From positions 1-60,053 of the IMG/VR virus record IMGVR_UViG_3300005239_000048: a DNA stretch of 60,053 nt, one strand, 5' to 3'. Under the pieces are notes generated by a model. The model was given only the letters and a program-made list of their open reading frames with translations, made no database searches and was not told the origin of the DNA. Below, in pieces: positions 48,871 through 60,053 of the stretch. This stretch comes from a virus. Its lineage: Duplodnaviria > Caudoviricetes. How positions within the stretch are numbered: position 1 is the first letter of the stretch; each line of letters begins with the position of its first letter. The position numbers were made by a program, and so were the translations under genes.

Positions 48871-51800
48871 ATGAACGAAGATCAGATAAATGAATTAAAG
48901 TCTTTGGTTGATGAGTTAACAACTCAAGGTTTATCTACAGAGCAAATACAAGCTAGTGTTGATCAACGTAAAGCTGAGTTTGCTAATGCTGTAGAAGTTA
49001 CAGACGAAACACAAACAACTCTAACTGAGGGAAAGACAAACGGTGCTGTGGCAAAGGGTGCAACTGCAACACTGACAACCGGGCCAGCACCCGAGAGTTC
49101 GGAATTAAGCTTGGGAGATACTTTTTTGGAATTACAAGAAGAGGTTGATTCATATGAGCCTATAGATAATTCTGAAAAAGCTATAAAAGCTAGAAGAAAA
49201 CTAGCTAAATTTAATAAAGCTTTTGAAATTAAACTTGATCCAGTTGTAGTTACAGGTGTTGATATTAAAAAGAAAAAGTCTAATGACATATTAAATAATA
49301 TTGGTCTTGATATATATTCTAATAGACAAGATAAAATAGCTCAAACAATAGCTAAAGCTAAAGGAAAAGAAAATCCAGATTTTGAAGAAATAAACACTGT
49401 AAAAGATTATACTAGTTTTTTAACAGGTGCTTTTAATTATGAAGATTTGATTGATGATGTAAAGATAGATGAATTTTCAATAAGAGACTTACAAGCTACA
49501 CAACAACAAAATGCTTTTAATCAAACGTATACAGACTTAAGTAATCAATACGGTGAAAATTTAAACAATCAAGTTTTAGAATTTGGCGCTAACGTATTGC
49601 AAGGTGATGATAAAAAACTATACGATCTTCAGCAAAGATTAAAATCTGCACCAGATGGTTTAGTTCGTCAAGGCATACAAGCACAGATAAAAACTATGCT
49701 TGATGACGCCGATAGCAAAAGTCTTTACGATTACAACACTGGTAATGTTTATACCTATAGAAAAAATAAAATTGAAAAAAAGAATTTAAACACAGGTAAA
49801 GTTACTCAAGTAAAAGACAATGACGTTCCTGATTTTTTAAAAGAGCAAGAAGAAAAAGCAAAAGACAAAGCTAAAACTACAGAGGTTTCTATGCTTGAAG
49901 ATGAGTTAGCTAAGTCTTATGCTGGGTTAGTATCTATATCTAAAACTATAAGTCAATTTGAAAACCAAAACCAAGGCGAGGTTGCTAGATCTCAAAACGC
50001 GCCTGGATCTTTTGTTGGTGATATAAAAAATTTATTTGGTTCAGAAGAAACAGTTTATGGTGATTTAAATAGAGTAAATGAGATAGCTCAAACAGGCGTT
50101 ATACCACAACAAATAAGTGAAATACCAGGTAATCATCCGCTAGCAAAAGCTTTTAATAGAAACTTACAAGAGTATATTATTCTTAATAAGGCTATACAAA
50201 CAAACGTAAATCCTTTAAGTAAACCTCAAGAAGGTTTTAGTATTGTACTTGATAAACTTAAAGATAAGTTTTATGATTTTAGCGCAACAAGACAAGAGCC
50301 AAAACTTCAATTTGAAGTTAACCAAGTGTTTAATAATGCGGCGCAACAAGCAGGTCTTACATATATAAATACAGACGATTTATCAGAAAAACTCGAGCAA
50401 GAGACTAAGTCTGTTGTTCTTGGTGGCACTATGGATTTATCTTTTTTCATGGGTGAATTAGCAGCAACTAGAGGAGCTACTGGTAATGTTATAAGAAAAG
50501 GATCTAAAGCAGTTGAAGGTTTATTTTTAGCCTCTAATCTAGCTAAAAAAAGTAAGATAGTAAGAACAGCAGGTAAAGCGTTTATTGGAGGTGTTGATGA
50601 GGTAGCTACATTTGCTTTACTAGATGAAAGTAAAGAAGCTTTAGGTCTTACAGCTCCGTTAACAAGAGAAGAAACTACCGCTAGAAATCAATTTGCTTTT
50701 GGCCTTGGTTCTGGAGGTTCTTTAGCCCAAGGTTTACTAAGAGCTCTTCCAGCTAAAACATATCTTACGCCTGTGTTAGCTCAGATGAATAAATCTAAAA
50801 TAGTAAACAAAATAGGAAACAACGTTGCTGGCGGTGGTGTTGGTGCTTTTTCTTTTGAGTTTGCTAGAGCTTTAGAAGCTGTGACTAATAAAGATAAAGA
50901 ATATTTCCAAAGAAGTCCAGAAGAGTTTGTAAAAGAATATCTTATTGAAGTTGCTAAAATGTCTGTGCTCGGTAGAGGTTCTATATTTGGCAAAAACAGT
51001 ATGCTAAGAGCTGCGCAAAACGATTTAAGATTAATAGGTTTAAATCCTTCTTATGTTAATGCAGCTGCTAAGCGAACTGGTTTTTCTTCTAAAGAAGTTA
51101 AAGATCCAACCGAAAACACGGTTGATGATATTAACATGTCTAGGTCAGAGCAAATGCAAGCTATCGATGCTAAGCTAAAGACGGGCCAGATAACAGAAGA
51201 GCAAGCTAAAAAAGAGTCTGATAAAGCTAATAAAGATTATAATATATTAGAAGCTGAAGCTGAATATAACATAGCAGTGGAAGCTGTTAAAGCTGAAAAA
51301 GAAAGTGGTTTACAACCGTCTGATACTGCCGTACGTGTAGCTACTAATAAAATAAAAAGAGGCGAAACTTTAAATGCTGAAGACAATAACGCTATAGTAA
51401 ATACACCCACGCCTATACTTGCTAATAGATTAAATATAGAGTCAAACTCTAAAAGTGTACAATCTATATGGAACAGAGAATATATTATAAATGATATTTT
51501 AAATAATGACTCTAGTTTTAAAGCGCCATATGGAAGTTCGCAAAGAGAAGCTTCTTATAAATTTTTAAATGAATCTTTTAATATTGGAGCACCGCTTGAA
51601 AGTTTAAGGAAAAGAAAAAACAATCTAAACGAAGACCAATTAAAAGAGTTAGAAATATTAGAAAAAGATTATCAGCCTTATACCAAAGATGGTTACAAAT
51701 ATAAAAAGCTTCAAGATGAATTAAATAAATTTTATTTAGAACAACGTATAAAAAATAAAAAACAAGCAGAAGAAGTTTTAGGCGCTACAAAAGAAGGTGA

Positions 51801-54800
51801 GTCTGTTCCTATAAAATCTGTAGAAGAACTACAAAGAATATACGATGAAGCTTTTCCAAACGAACCTAAAGACGTTAGTAGTCTTGATGGCTTTTATGAT
51901 CCTAATAAAAAAGTGTTTTATACAAACGAAACACAGCTTAAAAACATTAGAAATTTTACTACCGACAAACATGAAACTGGTCATTTTGTTTTAAGAGATT
52001 CATTAAAAAACAAAGCTGGTGAAGTAACTGAAGAAGGTATTAGAATTATAGACGAAGTAATGTCTGAGCTTACTCCTAAACAAAGAGAGGTAGTTCAAAA
52101 TAGAATAGATGATTTTTATAGATTTGATTCTAAAGGAAACGAAAGAGCTAAAAAAGATTATTACGAAGAGTATCTAATGGTGTTATCTGATGCTATAGCT
52201 AATAATCAAATAGTATTTAAAGAAAATGTTGGTAATGCTTTTGAAAAGTTTGTTCCTTTTCTACGTAAAAATGGTGTGGAAAACCTAGAGTTAAACGCTG
52301 AGACTGGTAAGAACTTATTTGAGCTTATTAAAAGTTATTCTAAAGGTGAGCTGCGTGGTATTGAAGCTGCTAAAAAAATGTCAATAGCTGCTGAGAAAGC
52401 TAGTGTTGAAACTGAAAGTGTTGAAGTGGTAGATAAACCCGCTCAATTTTCTTCAACTACAGCTCAAGATTTAGCTGTAAAATTTAAATCACCAGAAGGT
52501 TTATCTCGTAAAGTTGACCCAAAAACGGGCTTATCTGAGGAAGCTAATTTTAATCAACAAATAGAGTTGATAGCTTTAGAAGCTTTAGGTTATAAGAAAG
52601 GGAAAGGAACTATAAGTAGAGACGAAGCTGTTAGTTTTGTAAATCAATATATACCTGGTATACTTAGAAGATTTGATCCTAGCAAAAGACAAATATCTAC
52701 ATTTATAACAAGTAACATAAGACCAAAGCAACAAAAATTTTACGAGCAAGAGATTGGTACTAAACCTTTAGAAACTAGAATATCTGATGAACGCGCACGT
52801 GAAATAGCAGATACACAAGCTGAGCCTTTAGAAACTAAAACAGAAGCAACTACTGATTTTAAACTAGTAGATGCTATTAAAATAAACAAAGAACCTATAA
52901 GTCCTGATACAAAAGCTGAAATAAGAAAGCTTGTAACTAAAGAAACTGAAGGTATAGATCCTAACAGTGATACGTTTAGGAAAAAAGCTTTAAAACCTGG
53001 TAGTGATCTTATTAATTTTATTAAGCAAGAATTATTAGGTGGAACCGCTATGCAGGATTATAGAAACTTTATAAGAGAAAATCCTAATTTTATAAAAGGA
53101 TTAAATATTGCTCAGCTTATAAGGTTTGATACGGGTTTATTAAAACAAGGTAAACCTAGGCTTTTTACTGAGTTAAATAGAAAACTTACTAAGCAGAAAG
53201 AAATAGAAAAATTTATGATGCAAGGTAGAGTTCCATATAAAACTATAAAACAAATAAAAGCTGGCGCTAATTTATACAATAGATTAAAACCTACAGAAAC
53301 TCAGCTCGTAAACTTTCTAACCAACGAGATTCCTTCAACTGTAAGTAATAGAAAAACAGCTATAGCAAGTGCAATAGCAACAAAGTTTATTGCAGAGGCT
53401 ACTCCTAGCACAGAGGCTTTTAAATCAAAACCAAAAGCTGAGCAAGCTAAGATAGCTGAAAAACTACAAGTATCACCTGCCGCTAAGTTTAGTGAGACAA
53501 AAAAAGAAGTAACTCCCGAGTCTATAGAAGAGAATGCAGAGATTACCATAGGTAAAGACAGGGAAGGTAAAAAAGTTTTTAGGCCTAGTAACATAAAAAT
53601 AACAAGAGACACAAAACTTAATCAATTCGGTGTTGGGGTTGTTAACCCAAAAGAAACGGGTAAAACGTATACTACAAGAGACTTGACTCAAAAGCTACCT
53701 AATGATATAGCTAGTTTTGAAGGTGAGACAGTTTTAGAAGGTGGCAAAAGAGTTTTAGAAGAATTTTTAACTGACAACCCTGAGTTGTATCAATCAACCA
53801 TGTCTTCAGTTACAGCTGGAACTGAAAGAGGTTTTATGTCTACTAAAGAAGTTTTTAAAAAAATTATACCACAGGCAGATTCAAAAGTAGAACAAGTTGG
53901 TAAAAGATTTCCGTATCTTAAAAAATTTGGATTTGCTATTCCAAAATTTATAGAATCTACTAAACAAAAAGATTTTGTAAAAACACAGGAACAACAAGTT
54001 GATAATCTTGTTGATTATTTTGTAGCGTGGGAATCTCATTTAGCAAAAAATCCAAAAGACGCTTGGGTACTTGATGCGATAGTTAAAGACGCTCAAGACA
54101 ATCAAAACTCTATACTTAGATTCGGTGCTGCAAACTTATTTATGAACGTTAATAAAAAAGGTAAGATACCTTTAGATGTTCAAATGGCGGAAGAACATTC
54201 TACACCGCAAAATAATATTAGCACTATATTAGAGCAAGCGGCTATAAATGGCAATGTTGAAAATGCAAGGTCGCTTATAAAAGCTATATATATGCAAGGT
54301 GGTTTAACTAGAACTGATGATGGTTTAGTTAATATATTGTTTAAATCTACAATGCCAGATTTTTTCTACAAAGAAATAGTACCGGCTATATTAAGTGGTA
54401 AGGTTAAATTAGATTCCGGTGTTGGCGCTGTTATTAGAATGACAGAGTCAGGTGTCAATATGGATAACTACAAGTATTTTCCAGCAAATAAAACTTTTAG
54501 CGAATATTTATTTGGATCAAATGGTTTGCCTTTAAAAGAGCAAGCTAGATTAACTAGAGATTATTTAAGTGGTAAAATTACATTAGCAGAATCTAGAAAA
54601 GAAGGGGCTGGACTAGCTGAAAATTATATAAAGTTAGAACCAGGTAAAGCAAAAGCTGAAACTAAAAACAACGGTGAGCTACCACCATCATTATCTTTTA
54701 CTGAAAAACAAAGTAATGAAAAAGTATTAGAAGAATTAGGCACGCTAGACAAGGCTTTAAAAGTAGCTAGAGATCCTAAAGCACCAATTAAAAAATACGT

Positions 54801-57326
54801 GTATTTGATTTTGACGATACATTAGCTAGATCTAATAGTAAGGTTATATATGAAATGCCTGATGGTAAGACTGGTAAACTAAATGCTACGCAGTTTGCTG
54901 AAAGAGCTGGTGAGCTAGAAGCTCAAGGAGCAACATTTGATTTTGCAGAGTTTAGCAAGGTGGTTGACGGTAAAAAAGGTCCTGTGTTTAAAGCTATAGA
55001 AAACATTGTAGCTAAACGTGGTGCTGAAGATGTATTTATACTTACAGCTCGACCTGCTGATGCTGCTGGTCCTATAAAAGAATTTATGGATGCGCTTGGT
55101 GTTAAAATACCTATTGAAAACATTGTAGGTTTAGGTGACGGTAAAGCACAAGCTAAAGCACGTTGGGTAACTGGTAAAGCTGCAGAAGGTTATAATGACT
55201 TTTTCTTTGTAGATGACGCTTATAAAAACGTTAAAGCTGTACGCAATGCGTTGGAAGTGTTTGATGTTAAATCTAAAACACAGCAAGCTAAAGTTATGTT
55301 TAGTGAAACTGTAGATCTTAATAAAGATTTTAACGATATTATAGAGAACAAAACTGGTATTGGTGCTGATAAAGTATACAGCAGAGCTAAAGCTCAAGTT
55401 GTAGGTGCTAGCAAAGGTAGTATATTTAAAGGTATACCTTACTCAGCTCAAGACTTTACAGGTTTGCTTTATGAAACGTTAGGTAAAGGAAAACTAGGTG
55501 ATCAACAAATGGCATGGTATAAGTATAATCTTCTTGATCCGTTTGCTAGAGGTGTAAACGATATATCAAGAGACAGAATTGCTATGTTTAATGACTACAA
55601 AGTTTTAAAGAAAGAACTTGGAGTTATACCTAAAGACTTACGTAAAAAATTACCAGGCGAACCTTACACTAAAGAACAAGCGGTTCGGGTGTATACCTGG
55701 AATCAATTACAAGGTATGGAAGTACCAGGCGTTAGTAAAGCAGATTTAAAAACATTAAATGAGTTTGTCAATAACAATCCTGAATTAAAAGTATTTGCAG
55801 AACAATTAGTTGCTATAAACAAAGGCGACGGATATGCTAAACCAAATGAGACTTGGCTTACTGGTAGTATTACAACTGACTTGCTTGATGGTGTTAACAC
55901 TACTAAACGTGCTAAGTATTTAGAGCAGTGGCAAACAAATGTAGATGAAATATTTAGCGAAGCAAACTTAAACAAACTTGAAGCCGCATACGGTAAAAAG
56001 TATCGTAAAGCTTTAGAAAATAGTTTACAACGTATGAAAAGTGGTCGTAACAGATCTTTTTCAGATGATAGCTTAACAGGTAGATTTACTGATTGGCTTA
56101 ACGGTAGTATTGGTGTAACAATGTTTTTTAACACGAGATCATCTTTGCTACAAACGTTATCATCAGTTAACTTTGTTAACTTCTCAGATAACAATCCGCT
56201 TAAAGCAGCTAAGGCTTTTGCGAATCAGAAACAATACTGGAAAGACTTTAAGTACTTAATGAACTCTGACTTCTTAAAAGAACGTCGTGGCGGACTGCGT
56301 ATGAATGTTAACGAAGCTGATATAGCAGAGGCTGCTAATAAAAACGGCCCAAGAGGTGTTGTTAATAGATTATTACAATTTGGTTTTACACCTACACAAA
56401 TAGCAGATAGTTTTGCTATTGCATCTGGTGGTTCTACATTTTACCGAAACAGAATTAAGACATACGAAAAGCAAGGATTAAGCACAGCTGAAGCAGAAGC
56501 TAAAGCATTTGAAGATTTTAGAGAGACAGCAGAAGAATCTCAGCAGTCGTCAAGACCTGATAGAATATCTATGCAGCAAGCAGGACCGCTAGGCCGTCCT
56601 ATACTTGCATACGGTAACACTCCTGCACAGTATGTAAGGTTAACAGATAAGGCTATTAAAGATTTAAAAGCCGGTAGAGGAGACGCTAAAACAAACATTA
56701 GTAAAATTATATATTACACCACTGTACAGAATTTAATATTCAACTCGCTTCAACAAGGTTTGTTTGCTATAGCTTTTGGAGAAGCAGATGCTGATGATGA
56801 GAAGTACGAGAAAAAATATGTTAACGTGGCTAACGGTATGGCTGATTCTATATTACGTGGAACAGGTGTTGGTGGTGCCGCGATATCTGTAGGTAAAAAT
56901 GCTATTATACGTATCATGCGTGAGCAAGAAAAGAAAATGCCTAAACTTGAAAAGGTAGGATATGAACTTACTAAAATATCTCCACCTGTTTCTTCTAAGC
57001 TTTCTAAAATAAATCAAGCCGCTAGATCTTATCAATGGGATAAAGACGAAATGATGAGTAAAGGTTTTAGCTTTGACAATCCAGCGTATTTAGCAGGTGC
57101 AAGTGTAATATCGGCAACCACAAATGTACCATTAGATGAAGCTATAAAAAAAGTTGAAAACGTCATAGCAGCTACAGAAGCTGATAAAGAGCTTTGGGAA
57201 CGTTTAGCTTTATTTGGTGGTTGGTCTGAGTGGGAGATAGAAGAACCTGAAGATGAGAAAAAGAAAAAACCTCAATCTAGAAAAGTTAAAAAGAAAAAGA
57301 TTAAAAAGAAAAAAATTAAAAAATAA
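48871..57326 (+). CDS. Giant (~2,800 aa) polyvalent virion/ejection protein; one A apparently missing at ~54795
   Basis: ORFs 48871-54825 and 54855-57326 join via IKK|IRVFDFDDTLA; contains HETGH, a sigma-like segment and HAD motifs. Confidence 0.7.
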
Positions 57327-57328
57327 TT

Positions 57329-57469
57329 ATGGGAAAGATAAGTTCTGCTTGTAAAGCCGCGGCAAAAAAGAAATTTAAAGTATGGCCATCAGCATATGCC
57401 TCTGGTTGGGGTGTGCGGTGTACTAAAGCTGGTGGGCCTAGTAAATTTGGCAATAAGAAAAAGAAGTAA
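57329..57469 (+). CDS. Small basic protein
   Basis: Manual translation MGKISSACKAAAKKKFKVWPSAYASGW...; stop overlaps the next ATG. Confidence 0.55.
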   Translation: MGKISSACKAAAKKKFKVWPSAYASGWGVRCTKAGGPSKFGNKKKK

Positions 57470-57876
57470 TGAGAAAGTTAAACGAAAGCCCTTTAGCGCA
57501 TTGTTACGCTAGTGTATTACACAACCCAGAGACTAATAAGATGAGACAAAGAGTTTCAGCTTATGGTATTGGTACTGGTAACGATAAAGCTCTAGCTGAT
57601 GCAGCTAAACTAAGATCACCATTAAATAAAAAATCTAAAGTAAAAGGTGGTGGAACTAAAAAAGTTTGTTTGCCTGCTGCTAAAGTAAGATCAATGAGCA
57701 AAGCTGAAAAAGATAAAGTTATTAGAGCTAAAAGATCTGCGGCTAAGTCTGGTGATTATAAACGCTCTAGTAAATCAAACGTTAAAGGCGCTCGTAAGAA
57801 AGGCGCTACCCTACGTGATTGGTTTGAAAGTGAAAATTGGATTAACGTTGCAACAGGAAAACCATGCGGAGATTAG
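57469..57876 (+). CDS. Basic hypothetical protein
   Basis: CLPAAK...LRDWF..E.W....G.PCG. Confidence 0.6.
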   Translation: MRKLNESPLAHCYASVLHNPETNKMRQRVSAYGIGTGNDKALADAAKLRSPLNKKSKVKGGGTKKVCLPAAKVRSMSKAEKDKVIRAKRSAAKSGDYKRSSKSNVKGARKKGATLRDWFESENWINVATGKPCGD

Positions 57877-57940
57877 TAGATAAATTGCAAGCATCTTGGA
57901 ATAGCTTGCTATATAAATTAATGTTTAAGAAATATAGATA

Positions 57941-58135
57941 ATGAAACCATTCACATCAAAACACTGTACGCCAATTAACTATGGCAGTCCCTTGGAAAAT
58001 AAAGGTAAAATAAAACCAGCTTCTAAACTAGAAAAAGCTTCAGATAGACAATTAGCAAATACTCCAGGCGAAGAAGCAAAAGCTTTACTACGCAAAAGAG
58101 CTAGAGAACGCGCAACAAATAAGGAACAAAAATAA
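57941..58135 (+). CDS. Small basic protein
   Basis: N-terminus resembles that of 26081-26497. Confidence 0.55.
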   Translation: MKPFTSKHCTPINYGSPLENKGKIKPASKLEKASDRQLANTPGEEAKALLRKRARERATNKEQK

Positions 58136-58172
58136 ACTGGGCGTACCATACCCAAAAGTTCCTGTAACCAAG

Positions 58173-58203
58173 AAAGGGGATCTCAAACGAGGTCCCCTTT
58201 TTT
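58173..58203 (+). terminator. Intrinsic, possibly bidirectional, terminator
   Basis: AAAGGGGATCTC-AAAC-GAGGTCCCC-TTTTTT between convergent genes. Confidence 0.8.
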
Positions 58204-58240
58204 AATTACTATATACTATACGTATATGTGTATAGCATAA

Positions 58241-60005
58241 TTATCCGTCACAAGCAGCGCAGTCAGGATCCATAGCTTGCTTAGCAATGTCACCACGTAG
58301 TACTGATTCAGTACGCATATAATACAAGGTTTTGATACCTTTTTTCCAAGCATCCATATGTACTTGGTTGATCCACTTAGGTGTAGCCTCGGAAGGAAAC
58401 GCTAGGTTTAAACTAACTGATTGATCTATATACTGTTGGCGTATACCAGCTTGATTAACAAGCTCTAGTTGATTAATCTCTTTGAAAGTTTTAAACACGT
58501 TTTTAACTTTGTCAAAGCCTGTAGTTTCTAAATCATCTTGCTCAGATAATACCACTAGCTTTTTATTAACATAACCGTAGTCGTCAAGCGGTAGATCTTG
58601 TATGCTACCACCGTCAGCCATTATCTTATCCCAAGTTTCTTTACTATTTAACCCAGCTTTTCTTAAGACTTTTTCGAGCTCTTTGTTCTTCCTAATGAAC
58701 GTACCCTTCGCACTTTGTTCAGTGAAAACATTAGCGGCCCAAGGCTCAATACCAGGACTAACATTACCGGCAAGCTTACTATTAGACACAGTAGGAGCAA
58801 TAGCCCTAAGATGAGTGTTACGAAACCCAGTACCAACGCACCAAAGAGGTTCACCATAAAGTTCAGCGAGATCTCTACTCGCTCGTTCAGATTCGATTTT
58901 AATCTGGCTAAATATTCTTCTAGTTTCATATTGTGCTGTTAATCCCTCGAAGGGTATTCCGTTTTTTTGTAGGTAGGTGTGCCAGCCAAGTACGCCAAGG
59001 CCGAGCGCTCTGCCTTTTTCCGCAGATCTAACTGAGTTTGCAAAGCCAACTTTTCCTTTCGACTTTCTGTATAAACTCTTCCAGTACTCCGTCCAAAAAC
59101 CAAGTAGCATCGTATATAAGGTTTGTATTTTTCCACTCTTCATATCTTGATAAATTTAAACTTGATAAGCAACAAACAAAGCTATGACTTTCATCTGTGT
59201 GTAATGTAATCTCACTGCAGATATTTGTCATGTGTACTTTTAAAGCGTTGTCTTTGTATGCTTTTGGATTTGCTTTGTTAGTATTTCCTTTAAACATAAC
59301 GTACGGTTCTCCAGTTGCTTTTCGCTTTCTAATAAGTTTACTCCATCTAGCTCTAGCATCCGCATCTCCTTGTTCAAGACGTCGCATAAACTTATCACCA
59401 ACAACTGCGCACTGATGTAGGTTAAGCGACTGTCTGTTAACATCTCCTTTAGGTTCTCTGATCTCAAGCCACTCTTCAAAATCATCGTGCTCAATATTAA
59501 TGTTAACACTGGCAGCTCCTCTTCTAACAGATCCTTGATTAGTTGCAAGTATTGTTGAGTCGTATATTTTGCAGAAAGGTACGACTCCGTCTGATGTTCC
59601 ATTGCCTGTAATTTTAGCGCCGGCGGGTCTGATTTGATTTATACCAATGCCAACTCCACCGCCGTGCTTAGCGAGTAGCATCATCTCTAAGTTTTTTTGT
59701 CCAATATCCTGAATCGAATCGGCTACATCGATACCAAAACAAGATATAGGTAAGCCACGGTCAGTGCCGGTATTACTAAGTACCGGGCTAGCAAGGCAAA
59801 GCCAACCATTCCAAATATAATTAAAGAAAGTTTCTGCCATTTCCGGTTTATATAATCTGCGAGCAACCGTTTTACTGACGCGCATGTATGCTTCTTTAGG
59901 CGACTCTCCTGCGAGTAAATATCCCCCGGATATAGTCTTCTTGTATACGTCGTTATTACCCCACGTAGGGTAATCTTCACCTTTTTTCCAGTTTTCATTC
60001 CACAT
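58241..60005 (-). CDS. nrdA: Ribonucleotide reductase class I alpha subunit (apparent +1 indel near 59063)
   Basis: ASPVLSN, ISCF, GGGVG, QGSVRRGA, TNICSEI, CCLSSLN, AIAPT, IDQSVS.N, GIKTLYY, C-terminal CAAC. Confidence 0.92.
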
Positions 60006-60053
60006 TATGTAAAGTATAGTATTGTGTAGCTATTGCTACGTTTAAATTAACCG

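Noticed and set aside
54786-54800. Programmed -1 frameshift joining the two giant ORFs
   Set aside because: The codon phase ATT AAA AAA TAC is not a good X XXY YYZ site. Similar single-base indels, mostly at homopolymers, also break nrdA (~59063), fibres (~15325, ~15367, ~20061) and small ORFs (~7915, ~13040), so sequencing error is more likely. Raw reads would settle it.
54803-54820. DFDD as the catalytic motif of a crAss-like virion RNA polymerase
   Set aside because: The motif is DFDDT with downstream TAR and DD, which is HAD-type, not DxDxD.
59028-59143. Split nrdA, intron or pseudogene
   Set aside because: Removing one A from CAGAAAGTCG restores a continuous frame with no inserted sequence and all motifs intact.
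699-59998. Antisense and nested ORFs in the ORF track (e.g. 5174-5506, 21929-22279, 55703-56194)
   Set aside because: They are shadows of well-supported genes and have no recognisable motifs.
1-60053. Complete circular genome or terminal repeats
   Set aside because: No end overlap is seen, the first ORF runs off the edge, and no RNR beta subunit is present.

Overview
AT-rich (by eye) dsDNA tailed bacteriophage segment. It is probably a podovirus-like phage of Bacteroidota/Flavobacteriia with a crAss-like virion module; host and taxonomy are inferred from gene order and A-rich, SD-less starts. The minus strand of 1-13.8 kb carries early and replication genes: a dCMP-hydroxymethylase-type thymidylate synthase homolog, primase-helicase, SSB, exonuclease, ERF annealase, a sigma factor, an HTH protein, DNA ligase and many small ORFs. 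After a divergent non-coding switch at ~13.8-14.1 kb, the plus strand encodes tail fibres, GroEL/GroES, lysis genes, terminase, portal, scaffold, major capsid, ring/tail proteins, ejection proteins and a ~2,800-aa giant protein. A convergent ribonucleotide reductase ends the window. No DNA polymerase is visible. Main observations: (1) seven copies of a non-host-type promoter-like motif (TTACARACAAAATACGA-N8-GGATAATA) ahead of the early genes, plus a sigma-region-2-like segment inside the giant, putatively injected polyprotein, suggesting a virion-delivered sigma factor; (2) three tRNA/tmRNA-like mini-RNAs, two with the G3-U70 alanine determinant, each preceded by another structured element; (3) a second promoter class that may be read by the free-standing phage sigma; (4) probable cytosine modification. 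Several frameshifts, mostly at homopolymers, look like sequencing errors. All calls are by eye; no searches were run.
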